Shown here piece by piece: positions 39,488 to 50,269 of a stretch of 64,000 bases of DNA; position 1 is the first letter of the stretch; each line of letters opens with the position of its first letter. The notes beneath the pieces were generated by a model. It saw only the letters and a list, made by a program, of their open reading frames with translations, was not told the origin of the DNA and searched no databases. The position numbers were made by a program, and so were the translations under genes. The DNA is from Prorocentrum cordatum (lineage: Eukaryota). Where the stretch lies: positions 310,001 through 374,000 of the forward strand of contig CAUYUJ010000148.1 of NCBI GenBank assembly GCA_963575745.1, read 5' to 3'.

Positions 39488-42400
39488 CCCTCTGCCCCTC
39501 TGGGCCCTTTGGCCGCCGCTCCTGCTGCTCGTCCTGCGGTTCCTCCTGTCCGTGGAATTCCTAGCTCCCGCTCGCAACGTCTCGCACAGGGGTTGACATC
39601 GCGGCGCGGGGGAGGCGCGGCCTCCGATAGCGTGTGATCCATCGGCAGCCTGCCCCCGGCTGGGGGCGCAGCCTCCCCATCATCTACTGTCTACTGCATC
39701 GCGGCACGAGTCAGCACTCCTCGGCGCGCTGTCGCATCGCGTTGGCGCAGCCCCGAGGCCGCGCCAGGTGTCGCTTGAAGGAAGGGGTGGCGGTCGGTTG
39801 CTCCCAGGTCGCCAGACTAAGCGCAGGGCGCGGTTTGCACCGTGGCGCTGAGAAGCGCCGCTGGTCGACTTCGGGAGATCGGTGGGGGAACAGATCAGAC
39901 CTCTTGCAGCGCAGCAAGTGCCAGCGCCAAAGCTCCCGAACTGCCATCGCAGCGCGCTGCGGGGTCAGACCAGCAGCGCCGCGGAGAAGCAGGAGCTCAA
40001 GAGAGTCAAGCAGAAGCTGGCGCAGCTCAAGGCTCAAGTTGCCACGGCCCCCCTCAGGCTCGATGGCGCGATGGAGGTGGCCGATGGAGGCGCGGGCCTC
40101 GGAAGCGACGGCGACATCAGCACGCAACTGGCGGATCTATCAGCCAACGTCGAGCCCGCCGATGGCATCGGCGCGGCGGAGGCGCACAAGGCGCGAGCGC
40201 GAAACCCAAGGAGCGCCAGGGCACGTTGCGAAGGAGGTTGGCGCCAGCCAGGCCGCTCGACACGAGCGTCAAGCAGATGTCTCTCCTGTGGGCCAAGCTT
40301 GCGAATAAGGCAGAGCGCCGAGAGGCCGACGTCCAGGCCTTCCAAGAGAAGACGTTGGCAGGCCAGCAGGCGGGGGCGGGGGCGCAGCACGTGTCGCGCG
40401 GCGCCGAGTAGGAGCTGCTCGAGCTGGAGAAGAAAAGTTCAGGCGTGAGCCAATGGCGGAGGCGCCGCTGCCACCCGGAGGAGGGCGCGGCATGTCTCAG
40501 TCGCTGCAGCGGGTGCTCGAGATGGCCTGCGGGCCTGTTAGCCGAGCGCCCGGACGAGTTGCCGCCAGGCTTCGGGGCGCCATGCGGCGCGGCGAAGAAG
40601 ATGCGCGAGGTGCTCGAGGAGGCGCTCGCGGCCGAGAAGCCCCAGGCGGACCAGAGGGGGGGCGCGAGGAAACCAGACGCGCTGCCGAGGCGCCGGCAGC
40701 GGGAGCTCGATGGTCAAGTGGCCCATGGGGCGACCTCGCACGGTGGTGTTCCAGCGGCAGGGGGGTCATGGAGCTGCCCTGGCGGCAGGCGGTCCTGGGG
40801 CAGCCGCGCAGGGTTGGTGCTGCAGCGGCGCGAAGCTGGATGCCTCAGCACACGGATGGACCAGAGGTGATCAAGGAATCACCCAGGTCGGTCACCGTCG
40901 GAGTTCCCGACGTGGAGGAGCAGCCCCGCGGGGCGGCCAAACGGATGGGCAAGCAGTTCGAGAAGGTTGCAAAGACTGCGCGCGCGTCGGACGAGGTGGC
41001 TGCAACCTTTGACTATAATAATTGTATCAGTAGAGGCCTCTTAAATGGGGTCCGAGTAGATGGGGTCGAAGGATAGCGCCGCATCGTCAATGCATCGGCG
41101 ATGCATCGGCGATACATCGGCGATGCATCGGCAACGCCGGCGATGCATCGGCGACGTCGGCGCGGGGAAACACGGTCTCCACGTCGAGCCGCATCGTCGA
41201 TGCATCGGCAATGCGGTGCGATCCTCCGACCCCATCTACTCGGACCCCACCTAGGAGGCCTAGCCTCATTCGACTTGCAATGATGGTGGGCGCAGTCGCC
41301 GCAAGCACTAAGTCGCATGGGCCATATGGGCCACTGGCGAAGCTGCCGGGATCGAGAACGACGTGTCTAGCGAAAGCCCCCATGGTGTCGCGCGTGCGTG
41401 AACATCACTTGGGCGCCGTGCTTTCACGCCTCCAAGCTCGGGCGTTAGCTGCGGGATACCACGGGGCATGCGCGGGGGCGTCTAACGCCGCAGGGGCGGG
41501 GGCACGTTCGATGGAGTCGCTGCGCTGGCTCCGAGGGCGCATTCAAGTCGCGATGCCCCCAGTCAGTTTGGGTGTTTATTTCCAGCGCGCGCGCGCGCTG
41601 GCTGCTCGGGCCCGCGGGGCGGTGAAGGGCGGCATCGCAGTCGTAAGCGGCCGCTTGCAGGTCGAGGCAACGTTGGCGTTCGTCGCACATCACCGCGAGC
41701 GAGGCTTAGACTGGGGGCAGGCCGGACGGAGATGAGGATGGGCACGATACCTTTTGCTACTACAGGGGCCCTCGAGCCAACGCGGTCGCACACTGTGGGC
41801 CCTCGGACAGGGCAAGCGGGGACTCGCAGGATGGGGTGCCGAGGAAAAGGGCAACAACACCCCGAACTTCAGCACCCTCTGAACCCTCCATCCGACCTTT
41901 TGTCGGATCCGAAGTACAGCTCTGGATCGCGATCGATCGGGATCGACGAGAAGACCGGGGGCGCCAGATGTTCCAGTCCTTGAGGCATCCCATCTGAACC
42001 TCACCTTCTCTTCCTCCACTGCTCCTCCTTCCGCCTCCTGCTTTCTGCCTCCTGCCTCCTCCTTCTCCATCACCTCCCTCCCCCCCCTCCTCTTTCCAAT
42101 GGCTCCCTCCTCCTGGCTTCCCCCCGCCGCCCGCCGGCTCCCTCCCCATCCCTCCGCCTGCTGCGGCGCAGGAGCAGTCCTGCAGGCTGGGCGCGGCCTC
42201 GTACCAGCGCAGTTTCTGGAGCACCATCTCCTCGACGGTGGGAGGACGGCGGGGGGGTAGGGTTCCCGGGAGAGGCCACACGCTGCTACACCTCCTCTTC
42301 GTCCCCCCTTAGTCTCCCCTCTCATCCTCCTCCTCGGTACTTCCCCGCCTCCTCCTCCCAACTTCTCCCCTCGTCTTCCAACCCGTCCGCTCCGTCCTCC

Positions 42401-45118
42401 TCGTCCTCCTCCTTCTCCTGCTCCTCCTTGATCATTTGCCTCCTCGCTCTTCCCCCTCCGCTCGTCCTGTTCCTTTTTCCTGCCCCCTTCCTGCCCCTCC
42501 GCTCTTTCCCTCCCCATCCTATCCCCTCTTGCCCTACAGCCGGGACAGACTGCAGAGTGCATCCTCCTAAGGGCACAGACAGGCCTCCTCCGAGGGCAAT
42601 CCGCGCTCCAACACGAAGGGCGACCACCGACAGAAGATAAGGGCCCTCTAGGTACTGCAAAGTTGACCTGAACTCTGGGCACGGCTGTACTGCTCCTCAT
42701 CCGCTCTCTCCTCCTCCTCCTCCTCCTCCTCCTCCTCCTCTTCTTCTGATCCCCCTCCTCTGCTGGTCCTGCTCCCTTCTACCTCCCCCCTCCGAATCGA
42801 TCACGCACGCTCCTCCCTTACCGTACCAGCAGAGCTCCTGGATCACCACGGGCGCGATCCTGGATCCTGAACCACAAAATGGCCAAACGACTTCCCCCGC
42901 AGTCCTCCATGGAGGTCCCAAGAAAGCCATACACATGCCAAACACTGCCCTGAAAGCATTCAAAGAGGGTCTCCGAAATGCACATGAGAGCCGCACGACA
43001 CTGCCAACATCGCCCAAGCACGGCTGGAAGTGCCACCCACATTCCACACTTTAGGAATCTAGGACGTCGCCAGTCTATCTCGTACAAGGTTCACCCAAGA
43101 GGCCCCCTATCAGATTCCACGAAGCCCAGATAACCATCCCCCGAGGAGGCCCTGCAAGAGGCACTGGGAAGAAATAACAACCTGGCAAATAATTGAAAGG
43201 TCAGTTCTGTTTTTCGCTTTCAACTCTGGTCAGTCGTATGGCTCCAGATGTGAACGAGGGCCCGCAGGGAACCTGAGAGAGCCTCAACTTGGCCAAAGGG
43301 AGCGCCCATATAATTAGCCATGATGCGGCACAAGACAAATCAAAGAGCACCGCAAGAAAGCCAACAAGGCCTCAAGATCAAATCCAAGGTGGATCATGAA
43401 GTCCCCAACACATCGCGAGAAGCCACGCGTGGTTCCCAATCACTTCTAAAGCACCCCAAAGCAACCCCTAAGAAGCTCTAGGCGGCCCGAAAATAGCCCA
43501 AGGCTGCGCGGGGACACCCCGAATTTCGCGTCGGGGGTAGAGCGGAGTCCAATATGAGCTTTACGGACGCCCAGCCAAGACCGGCTGAGCGATCGAGCCA
43601 CTGTGGCTAAAAAGGCCAAACCAGAACGACAAGGAACCCAGCACGAGCTGAGACTAGCACATTGTGGAGGCGGCCGGGAGGTCTGAACGGGGTGCCCAGA
43701 AAATTGGCCAGGAGGGGGGATGAAGCTGAATCCGCTCAAAATCGGTCCCTCGACCGCTCCTGGGATATATTCGGTGCAGTGTTACACACCAGACTTGTTG
43801 TTTGCTTGTTCGCCGGTGTCAGTGCTGGGCCACCCCAGACCCCCAGCCGGCTCCAAGGCTGGAAGGGCGAGACCGAAATGGCAAGGAACTCGCCACGAGC
43901 TGAGACAAGCGTATCATCAGGTCGGGCGTGTCCCCCTACAGGCGGATTTTGGACGAACAATAAAACATGCCCCAAAGAAATACACAACAAATACCCGAAA
44001 ATTATGTTCAACAAATCGTCCCCATGCTGATTGTTTGACTATTTTTGAATATTCCCTCTGTAGAGGGACAGGCCCAACTTAAGCGTATCATCGGATGCCC
44101 CGTATCGCGAAAACCAATGCGGTGGCCACAGCGCGCAGGCCCAGACCAGGGTTTCCCGAGGCGCCCCGAAAAACTAGCAGAACACTCCCCGGTCCTGGAA
44201 AGTTCGGTGGCAACTCATAGGAGCCTCCCGTGCCATCTTGCTGGCTCTTGCGATTCGACGCTGACCCACGCCAATCGGCGTTAGCCGACGCTAGATCGAC
44301 GCTAGTCGACGCTAAATCGGCGCTAATCGAAGCTAAATCGGCGCTTTCTCATCAAATACCCGACGCTAACGCACGCTTTCGAATGAACTCCAAAGACGGA
44401 ATTACGAGGATGTACGATGCTCCTATGGTTTGCTGCCGAACCCGCCACTTGCTGCGTCCTCTCTCCAGCTCCGGCTCCTCTTCCTCCTCCTCTCCCTCCT
44501 CCTCTTCCCAAAGCCGCGCTAACGGCGTGCTTGGGTAACGGTGCGGTTGGGAACCTGGTTTTTGTGACACCGAGCCCACGAATTACAACATGTAGGAAAT
44601 TACGAAAGGCCGTTTCCTACATTCAAATCTGCAAGTACCGAACGAAAACGACACAGCGAGTTGCGCACTTCGCCGCTAGCTACTAACACACCGCTAGCGC
44701 GTCTGCGGTCCTCGTCCTCCTCCCCCTCCTCCCCGTCCTGCCCTCTGGAGACCGGGCTCTAGTCAGCATCGGATCGGGGAATTTGCTCGGGACGGAACGG
44801 CTGCACGAGCCCTGCTCTCCCAGATCCAGGCGGCGCGCGGCTCTCCAGGTGCACGTGCGAGTCCACGTAGGGCGCGCCTCGGGCGCGGCCTAACCGACCC
44901 CATACGGTGACCAGCACCTTCCGCGACTTGATCCTCGCCATCCAAGCTCCCCTCCGACCGCATACGTACGTCTTGGGGTGAGCGAGGGGCATGTCACGGA
45001 AGAGGATGGTCTGTTAGGGGTCGACTAGGCAGCCCCTGAGCGCCACGGTCGCCGTCCACGAAGGTGGAGTGCGCCACCAGCGAGCGCGAGTTGCCGGCCC
45101 TGCTCCAGGCGGCAATAC
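5567..45118 (-). CDS. tatD: TatD-family (TATDN2-like) DNase, multi-exon gene; 5' end not located and middle exons unresolved
   Basis: Hand-spliced exons give YVDSHVHLEMVLQKL...FEGCITQGCD...LGCHPKNA...AWGEFGLDF...VFERQVQLAL-ERRLPLVLHIRE...HIHSFHG...PLERMVLETDGPY...HPG...RENTRFIYGI*. All TatD metal/catalytic motifs are present in order. Confidence 0.92.
9941..10205 (+). repeat. tandem repeat, about 73-bp unit, 4 copies
   Basis: CGGAGCCGCCAGACCAGCACCCAGGC at about 9957, 10031, 10103 and 10178. Confidence 0.75.
10417..11300. mobile_element. short non-autonomous element with asymmetric inverted repeats and internal (TTAGC)n/(ATAGC)n satellite
   Basis: Ends TTCCCTACCTGGG... and ...CCTAGGTAGGGTCGCACTGGGATAAT; both arms recur inverted at 19930-20522. 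Confidence 0.8.
11319..11641 (-). CDS. tatD: tatD core exon ERRLPLVLHIRE...HSF...LETDGPY...HPGQIPLISR
   Basis: PxxxHxRE, HxF and ETDxP motifs. Confidence 0.93.
11780..11809 (-). CDS. tatD: tatD exon VFERQVQLAL
   Basis: Conserved TatD FxxQxxLA helix; in phase with both neighbours. Confidence 0.9.
11844..11962. mobile_element. hairpin MITE family TTCGGAG..CGCGCGGA / TCCGCG..CTCCGAA
   Basis: Copies at about 4793-4914, 10270-10408, 11844-11962, 18613-18747, 26715-26850 and 30666-30748. Confidence 0.7.
12001..12315 (-). CDS. tatD: tatD core exon VEMAG...GCHP...GEFGLD...TQVQ
   Basis: 105 codons; GCHP and GExGLD motifs; ag|G acceptor, CAG|GT donor. Confidence 0.92.
16009..16274. mobile_element. 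MITE with CGCGCTAACGG TIRs
   Basis: CGCGCTAACGG...CCGTTAGCGCG; homologous copy at 44512-44704. Confidence 0.75.
17030..17047 (-). CDS. tatD: tentative tatD micro-exon EEYVLY
   Basis: Follows a 63-nt in-frame GA..AG intron and places E at the expected repeat position; GT donor. Confidence 0.35.
17111..17164 (-). CDS. tatD: tatD exon AGYVFGGDMRTWDQLTTT, start of W-repeat 4
   Basis: cag|GCG acceptor, WDQL motif, GA donor. Confidence 0.6.
19600..19752. repeat. dispersed repeat (CCGCTACTCCCC..TTCGAGGCGAATCCAGCGG)
   Basis: Similar copies at about 2570-2720, 16860-17003 and 34010-34125. Confidence 0.6.
19812..19889 (-). CDS. tatD: tatD exon ETRRHLAVLGEDQGSWNEMFFGSRKP
   Basis: cag|GAG acceptor; completes repeat 3; donor position tentative. 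Confidence 0.7.
19930..20522. mobile_element. second copy, opposite orientation, with internal (AAAGCTAAGCT)n array
   Basis: ATTATCCCAGTGCGACCCTACCTAGG...CCTAGGTAGGGAA; arms homologous to 10417-11300. Confidence 0.8.
21600..21732. repeat. dispersed repeat (..GGACCCGCAAAAATGAC..GACGTGTCAGGGTAGG)
   Basis: Similar sequence at 61003-61172 and 58745-58900. Confidence 0.6.
22129..22191 (-). CDS. tatD: tatD exon EKWDGYNWLLPTDQTWNELDE
   Basis: cag|GAG acceptor; completes repeat 2 and starts repeat 3; AG|GA donor. Confidence 0.75.
23745..24912. repeat. degenerate (CAT)n microsatellite
   Basis: Direct observation. Confidence 0.95.
25820..26172 (+). repeat. about 90-bp minisatellite plus purine tract plus conserved tail
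   Basis: CCTTCGGTG...ATGGGGCCACG units, then CAAAACAAGGACTCAACACCACAGGA. Confidence 0.8.
27295..30540 (+). repeat. decayed satellite with about 148-bp unit, interleaved with ACTCAG-rich tracts
   Basis: Core TGATCACCGCGATGTAGCAGGCATA..GGGCACCCCAAGGGGG recurs about 15 times. Confidence 0.75.
30998..31077 (-). CDS. tatD: tatD exon SPTWFVGWASLSGAERGAAEALGWDS, W-repeat 2
   Basis: cag|GC acceptor, GA donor, repeat motif. Confidence 0.75.
31190..31860 (+). mobile_element. decayed Penelope-like retroelement, RT C-terminal half
   Basis: RSKDD (RT catalytic DD-like motif), VLDMYL, FTYRIHEK...PLGADSLQAPFVHRAWP.AM.RR..RLC thumb-like region; frameshifted tail LVVP...W...LGG. Confidence 0.65.
32090..32665. 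repeat. degenerate (CAT)n microsatellite
   Basis: Direct observation. Confidence 0.95.
33801..33842 (-). CDS. tatD: tatD exon (G)RLTWAADMYQPMP(C)
   Basis: Phase 1-1; completes LG-x5-W of repeat 1; ag|G acceptor, GC donor. Confidence 0.6.
37447..37507 (-). CDS. tatD: tatD exon ELVWEGLSKEERVCWKTLGW(G), W-repeat 1
   Basis: Phase-compatible with both neighbours; carries the W..L...E......LG motif. Confidence 0.7.
38310..38910. repeat. GGCCCCAAGA-rich dispersed repeat family
   Basis: Similar tracts at about 17460-17620, 23020-23640, 45590-45760 and 58120-58240. Confidence 0.6.
39640..41800 (+). mobile_element. decayed non-LTR (LINE) 5' portion: coiled-coil ORF1-like region plus APE-endonuclease-like remnant
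   Basis: Coiled coil AEKQELKRVKQKLAQLKAQ; later VREHHL (QEHHL-like), RALAAGY and KGGIAVVS; many frameshifts; interrupted by a MITE at 41034. Confidence 0.5.
41034..41261. mobile_element. MITE, AGGCCT-ended family, nested in the LINE remnant
   Basis: TIR GGGGTCCGAGTAGATGGGGTCG / CGACCCCATCTACTCGGACCCC. Confidence 0.8.
42180..42230 (-). CDS. tatD: tatD exon EMVLQKLRWYEAAPSLQ
   Basis: Joins to give HVHLEMVLQKL, resembling TATDN2-type HCHLDMLxxKL; ag|G acceptor, AG|GA donor, 17 codons. Confidence 0.75.
44512..44704. mobile_element. MITE with CGCGCTAACGG TIRs, copy 2
   Basis: Shares TIRs and internal TTTGTGACACCGAGC and CGAACGAAAACG with 16009-16274. Confidence 0.75.
44846..44877 (-). CDS. tatD: tatD exon with HxH motif (APYVDSHVHL)
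   Basis: DSHVH matches the TatD N-terminal DxHxH; ag|G acceptor, GA donor. Confidence 0.85.
44880..44985. repeat. dispersed repeat (GGGCGCGGCCTAACCGACCCC...CATACGTACGTCTT)
   Basis: Homologous copy at about 57606-57712. Confidence 0.7.
45044..45118 (-). CDS. tatD: tentative upstream tatD exon (IAAWSRAGNSRSLVAHSTFVDGDRG)
   Basis: cag|G acceptor and GC donor; phase 1 fits the next exon; no homology support. Confidence 0.4.
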
Positions 45119-47519
45119 CTGCGGGCTCGCGGGGCGCAGGGTCCATCCTCGTCGTCGTCGACACACACGCCGGGCCGCTTCGGCACGGAGTCGAAACGGA
45201 ATCGGATCGGCTATTCCAAGCCTCACATCAACGCCATGCGACAAGACAGTCGGGCCGCATCGGATTTTTGGAATATCGGAATCAAATAGGATCGGGCTGG
45301 CCAGAGTCAGCCATCGTGCCCCCTGGCACTTTGAGGCGTTGTGGAATGCCAGGTGCTGTTAAGTAGCATTCCTGTAATCCTCTGAGGGCCGGCCTCTCCT
45401 TCTCGACGCAACCATCTGCATGCACCGCCCCGCCCTTTCCCTGGTGATCCGCGCTCCCAAGGCCACGATCCCTCGTAGAAAACCATGGCTATGCGCTCCC
45501 GACGCCACGAACCCTTGTAAAAGCGATGGGTCCGTGCTCCCGAGACCACGATCCCTTGTAAAAAACTATGGACGCTCGCTCCCGAGGTTCCAAGATGGCC
45601 GAGACCAGAATCCCGCAAATATGGCCCAAGATGCCTCCACGGCGGCCCCAATGCGGCCCAAGGTGGGCTCAAGACGAGCCAAAAGGAAGCAGCGACGGCC
45701 CCAACAGATGCCCAGACGGCCCAAAAGGGCCATCAGAGGATCCCCGTAGGGCCGAGGATACCACACTCAAATGTTTCTGTCGGCTCTTCCAGGACATGGG
45801 CGTCTCCATGGCTTCGGGCTTCCTGCAACTACAGATGGCATTGCCCCAAGACGGCGCCTAAATAGCACGCGGGGTACTCGGACAAGGATCGTACTGTGGC
45901 TATTGCCTAATGCTGTCCACAAGAGGAGCAGGACGATCATGCTGACAAGGGGGGACAAGCAGGGGAGGGACAACATCGAGGAGGGGACAAATGAGCCCGG
46001 GGATGAATACGAAGGATGGAGAGCAGCATGATGCGGAGAGGGAGAATAACGAGGACACGATGACAAGAAAATGGCGGGGAGACCGAAAAGACGGACGACG
46101 GAGAACGATAAAGGTTGGAATGAGACGTACTATAATTAGGGGCAGGATGAGGACGACGCGGACGAGGAGGAGGGCGACGAGACGGCGGATCATGGCTCCA
46201 CTGACAAGGTGAGAACGTGGGGATGATGTCTTAATACCTCCCCACCCTGCAATATTTGCCTTCTCATTCTCCTACTCCCCTCCCTTCTCTCCTTAGCCAC
46301 TACTCCTGACCTCCTCGTTCTCATCCCTCCTCTTTCCTCGTGGGGTTCCACCTTCTTCTGTCCAAACTACCACCGCTCCCTCAACCTCCATCTCGTCTGT
46401 CTCCCAGTGGTACTCTGCATCCTTCATGCTCATCCTGCTGCTACCGCTCCTGCCGCTCCATTCACCCCTATTCCCTTGTCCCGCCTCCGCTCACGCCCCC
46501 TCCCCCTCCCCCTCCCCTCCCCCTCCCCCTCCCCCTCCCCCTCCTCCTCCTCCTCCTCCTCCTCCTCCTCCTCCTCCTCCTCCTCCTCCTCCCCCTCCTC
46601 CTCCTCCCCTTGCTCCTCCTCCTCCTTCTCCTCCTCCGTCCCTGCCTCCCGCCCATGCCCCTCGCCCCCGCCCACGCCTTCCCCCCCCTCCCTCGATCTC
46701 CTCCCCCTCCTCCCCCCTCCTGCGCCTCGCCCCTGCCGAGCCCTCCGCCGACCCCCGAGCGACGGCGGACACCTCCGCTGGGCGAGGGGACGGAGCCCCA
46801 GGGCCCAAGGGCCTCCGACGAGCAGTGGGCACGCGGCCCCGGGGAGCCTCTCCGACCCTTGCCGCGGGCTTGAGAGGGCCCGCATCAAGGGATTCCCCGA
46901 TTCGTGTTCTAACGTTTTACCGGATCCCCATCCACGGCCCACATTTTTCCCGATACGTGCGTGCATGGGGTCGGACGTTGGTGTCTAGCTGTGTCTGCAT
47001 GTCCCTCCCGAGGGTTGGAGGTCGCTGAGGGTGCAGCGCTGCTTCCGACACCGCAGCCGCCGCTTCCCAGGCCCGCCACCCCCCCCCGGGAATGTGCCGC
47101 CGATGGGCGGGCGGCGAGCCGCCGCGGGGCGCGCCTCCGCCCGGCGGCGCCGCGCCAGGCCCCGGCGCCGGCAAGGGCCCGCAACAGGGGCACCCGAAGC
47201 CGCAGGCGAGGCGCGTCTTGGTGCGGGGCCGCCTCTCGCCGGGCGGCTCCTGCGGGTCTGGCCCGCGAGGAGGAGGAGGAGGACGAGGAGGAGGAGGAGG
47301 AGGAAGAGTAGGAGGAGGACGAGGAGGAGGAGGAGGACGAGGAGGAGGAGGAGGATGGGTCGCCTTAGCCCTTCGGAGACACCCTACATGTCCACGGAGG
47401 GTCCGCTCTCAGAACAACCCGAGATGACGACGGGCGGGGCAGCGGCCCGCCGCTCGAGCCGATAGGCATCGGCGAGCGCCTCACGTGCCAATCTCGCCTC
47501 TCTCCGACGGTTCCAAGCA

Positions 47520-47627
47520 TTGGCGGTGCGCACAAGGGGGTGGGGGGGGGGGGGGGGCTTCTTAGAAGGAGTCTGCTTCTAAGAAGCCCTCCCCCCTCCC
47601 CCCACCCCACCCCTGCGCGTGGCTGAA
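47520..47627. repeat. palindromic dispersed repeat CTTCTTAGAAG...CTTCTAAGAAG
   Basis: Also at about 14123-14297, 48670-48792 and 60942-60995. Confidence 0.6.
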
Positions 47628-49734
47628 ATCTCGCCTATCTCCGACGGCTCAAACATGGGCCGGAACTTGGTGGTTCTTGGAAACGACAGGGCCGGTCTGT
47701 TCACCCTTTCCAGAAGTCTTGATTTCTCTAAACTGAGAACATGGTAAGAAAACTAGCCTGCCAAAACCGAAACAAAAACCGGAACACAAACCATAGACGG
47801 AACCAGAAAAAAAAGTTGCCGGAACTGACCCTAAAACATCAAAAACTTGAACTACGAAAAACGCTCTGTAGCTTTCAAGGACTACTGAGGCCCAACACCC
47901 CCACCGTAACTCAACTTTAACGAGGTGGGAAGAACGAGATGACCGTTCAAAGGTCGGGCGTTGGCAAAACTGGGTTTCGTGAGACCTGGTTTAATGATCT
48001 GTACTGGGGGACGCCCCCAGCGCCCCGTTCCGTTAACCGGAACTGCCGTCACCCGAAAAAACACCAGCTATGGCAGACCGGGTTTAATGATTCTAGCCAA
48101 ATGAGGGGCTCTGGGGCCCTACTACTAACCGGGTCCCTTTACCTGGGGTCCTGGCTATACCCGAAAAGTAAAGCTTGGCCAATTACTCATGGTAAAAAAA
48201 CACGAGGTTCGAGAGGTTCCTCCAGCAGCTGCGCCTCGCCGAGAGTGTTCCAACCGGAAGCTTGAGCTGACCCGAAAACCGCGTGGGGGGTCGACCTTCG
48301 ATCTTCGGAGACCTGGGCATGCGGTGGATAAGGACATACGAGTGGCGATCAAACACAGACCTTACACGAGATGGCAAAGCGACCTCACACGGAGGCGTAC
48401 GCGGGCAACTTGCGCGCGAATGCTGGCGCAGTCGAACCGATTTTTTGCGCCGCTCAGATCTACTGAGAATTTGACGTGTCTTCTGTAAACCCGATGAACC
48501 CAAGAACTTCTGGGGTAAATTGATTCTGCAGTCGATCCCCGATTCGAGATATGGTGATATCTCCCCCCGCCAAAGCTCAGGGCCCCAACGCAGCTGCACC
48601 CTTGCCGGCCGAAGCCCCCGCATATCGCTCCCTCGGGCGGTGGCTACGGACACGACCCCGCCACCACCCGGCGCGCAGAGGGAGGTAGGGGGAGGGGGAT
48701 AGGCTTCTTGAAGGAGGCTGCTTCTAAGAAGCAGGGATGCTTCTAAGAAGCCTTCCCCCCTCCCGCCCAACCCCCCCTCTGCGCGTGGCCGAGGCTGCGT
48801 GCCTTCACCCTGGACGTGCAACTTCCCTCTGGCATCCCCGCGCCAGCCTCCGTGGCCTGCGCGGGCTCCTCCCTCCCCCCCCCTCGCGCTCTGCCCCCCT
48901 TCGCCCTCGGGCCTCCGTTCGCTCCCGGTGCACCCCCACCGCTTGCTTGGCCGGCGTCCGACTGCCTCGGAGCACGGCGCCCGCGGATTCAAACAGAACT
49001 CTTCACGTCGGCACCCGAGGGGCCGTGTTCGAGCCCCCCCGGGCCACCAGAAGCGGCCCGACTGCGATACACGAATGCATCCCCAATCCCGGGGAAGGCG
49101 TCGAGGCCTCCGGGGCCGGCGTCGTCGTTTGTCGGCCGAGCGGCTCGTCGTCGTTCGTCCCCACTTGAGAGACGACTCCTGGGAGGTCCTCGGCGGTCGG
49201 CTATCTTCGCGAAGAGCGAAGCGCGCGAACACCTTCGCGCGCTCGCGCCGCCCCCGTGGGGGGAGAAGAGAAGGACGAGAAGGATGAATTGAAGAATCGC
49301 AAGTCGCGATCGCGAATACCTTCGCGCTCTCGTGGCGGCCCTTGCGCGTTAAGCCTCATTCGGGGGCCACTCAGCGAGATTAAGCCCAGGATGAAGTCAG
49401 ACTACGTGGGATTAACCCGCATCTGCATTGAGCGGGATTTGGCCAGAGTCAACATATCTCCGACCGCGGATATACAAGTGCCAATACCGCATGTCACCTC
49501 CCCGGAATTGCAACCGAGGTTAGACGAAGATGGGATCATCATCTATTCGGATACGGATCGGGCAAATCTGAGGGCCAGCGGGCCTGGGTGACCTATCTGG
49601 CCCTGCGGCCTCTCTGGAGCGCCCAAGAACGCTCTCAGAGCGTTCCAGGACGCTCTTCTAGCGATTCGCACTCATCCCGAGCCAACCTAATTTGTTGCCG
49701 CCCTCGTTCGTCGTCGCCGTCGTGGTCGTCCCCA

Positions 49735-49770
<36 letters not shown>

Positions 49771-50269
49771 GCGTGGTGGTCGTGGTCGTGGTGGTGGTCG
49801 TGGTGGTGGTGGTGGTCGTCGTCGTCGGCGTCGTCGTGGTCGTTGCCGTCGTCGTCATCGTCGTCGTCGTCGCCGCCGCTGTCGCGGCGTCAGCAGCAGC
49901 GGAAGCAGCCGCTCTGACGGCGGTAGCGAGCCCGAGATACGAGCGCCGCAGTTTGAGTTCGCACCGCGCGTTCGCGCCCGACTGCTCAGACCCCTGGATG
50001 AAGGGGGGGAGGAGGCGGCGGAGGAGAAGGGAGGAAAATGGCGGAGGAGGAAGGCGCAGGAGGGAGAGGAGAGGAGAGGAGAAGGCGGAGCGCACCCATC
50101 AGAGAGGAAGGGGAGGGAGAGAGGAGGAGTAGGAGTTGGAACCTGGGGACGCAGTGCCCCCCCCTACGGCTACGAAGAGGCCCCTCCCCCCCCTGCACCC
50201 CCTGAGGCAGGCCCCGACGTCCCGCCTATGAGGACCTTCTGGCCCGCCGAAACAGCCTTCGGAGCCCCT

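Noticed and set aside
44878..44992. MPLAHPKTY... as the tatD start in the ORF track
   Set aside because: The segment is a dispersed repeat also found at about 57606, so it is more likely intronic.
46909..47193. Arg/Ala-rich ORF as an N-terminal targeting peptide of tatD
   Set aside because: It starts at GTG, and its composition is explained by GC content; no support.
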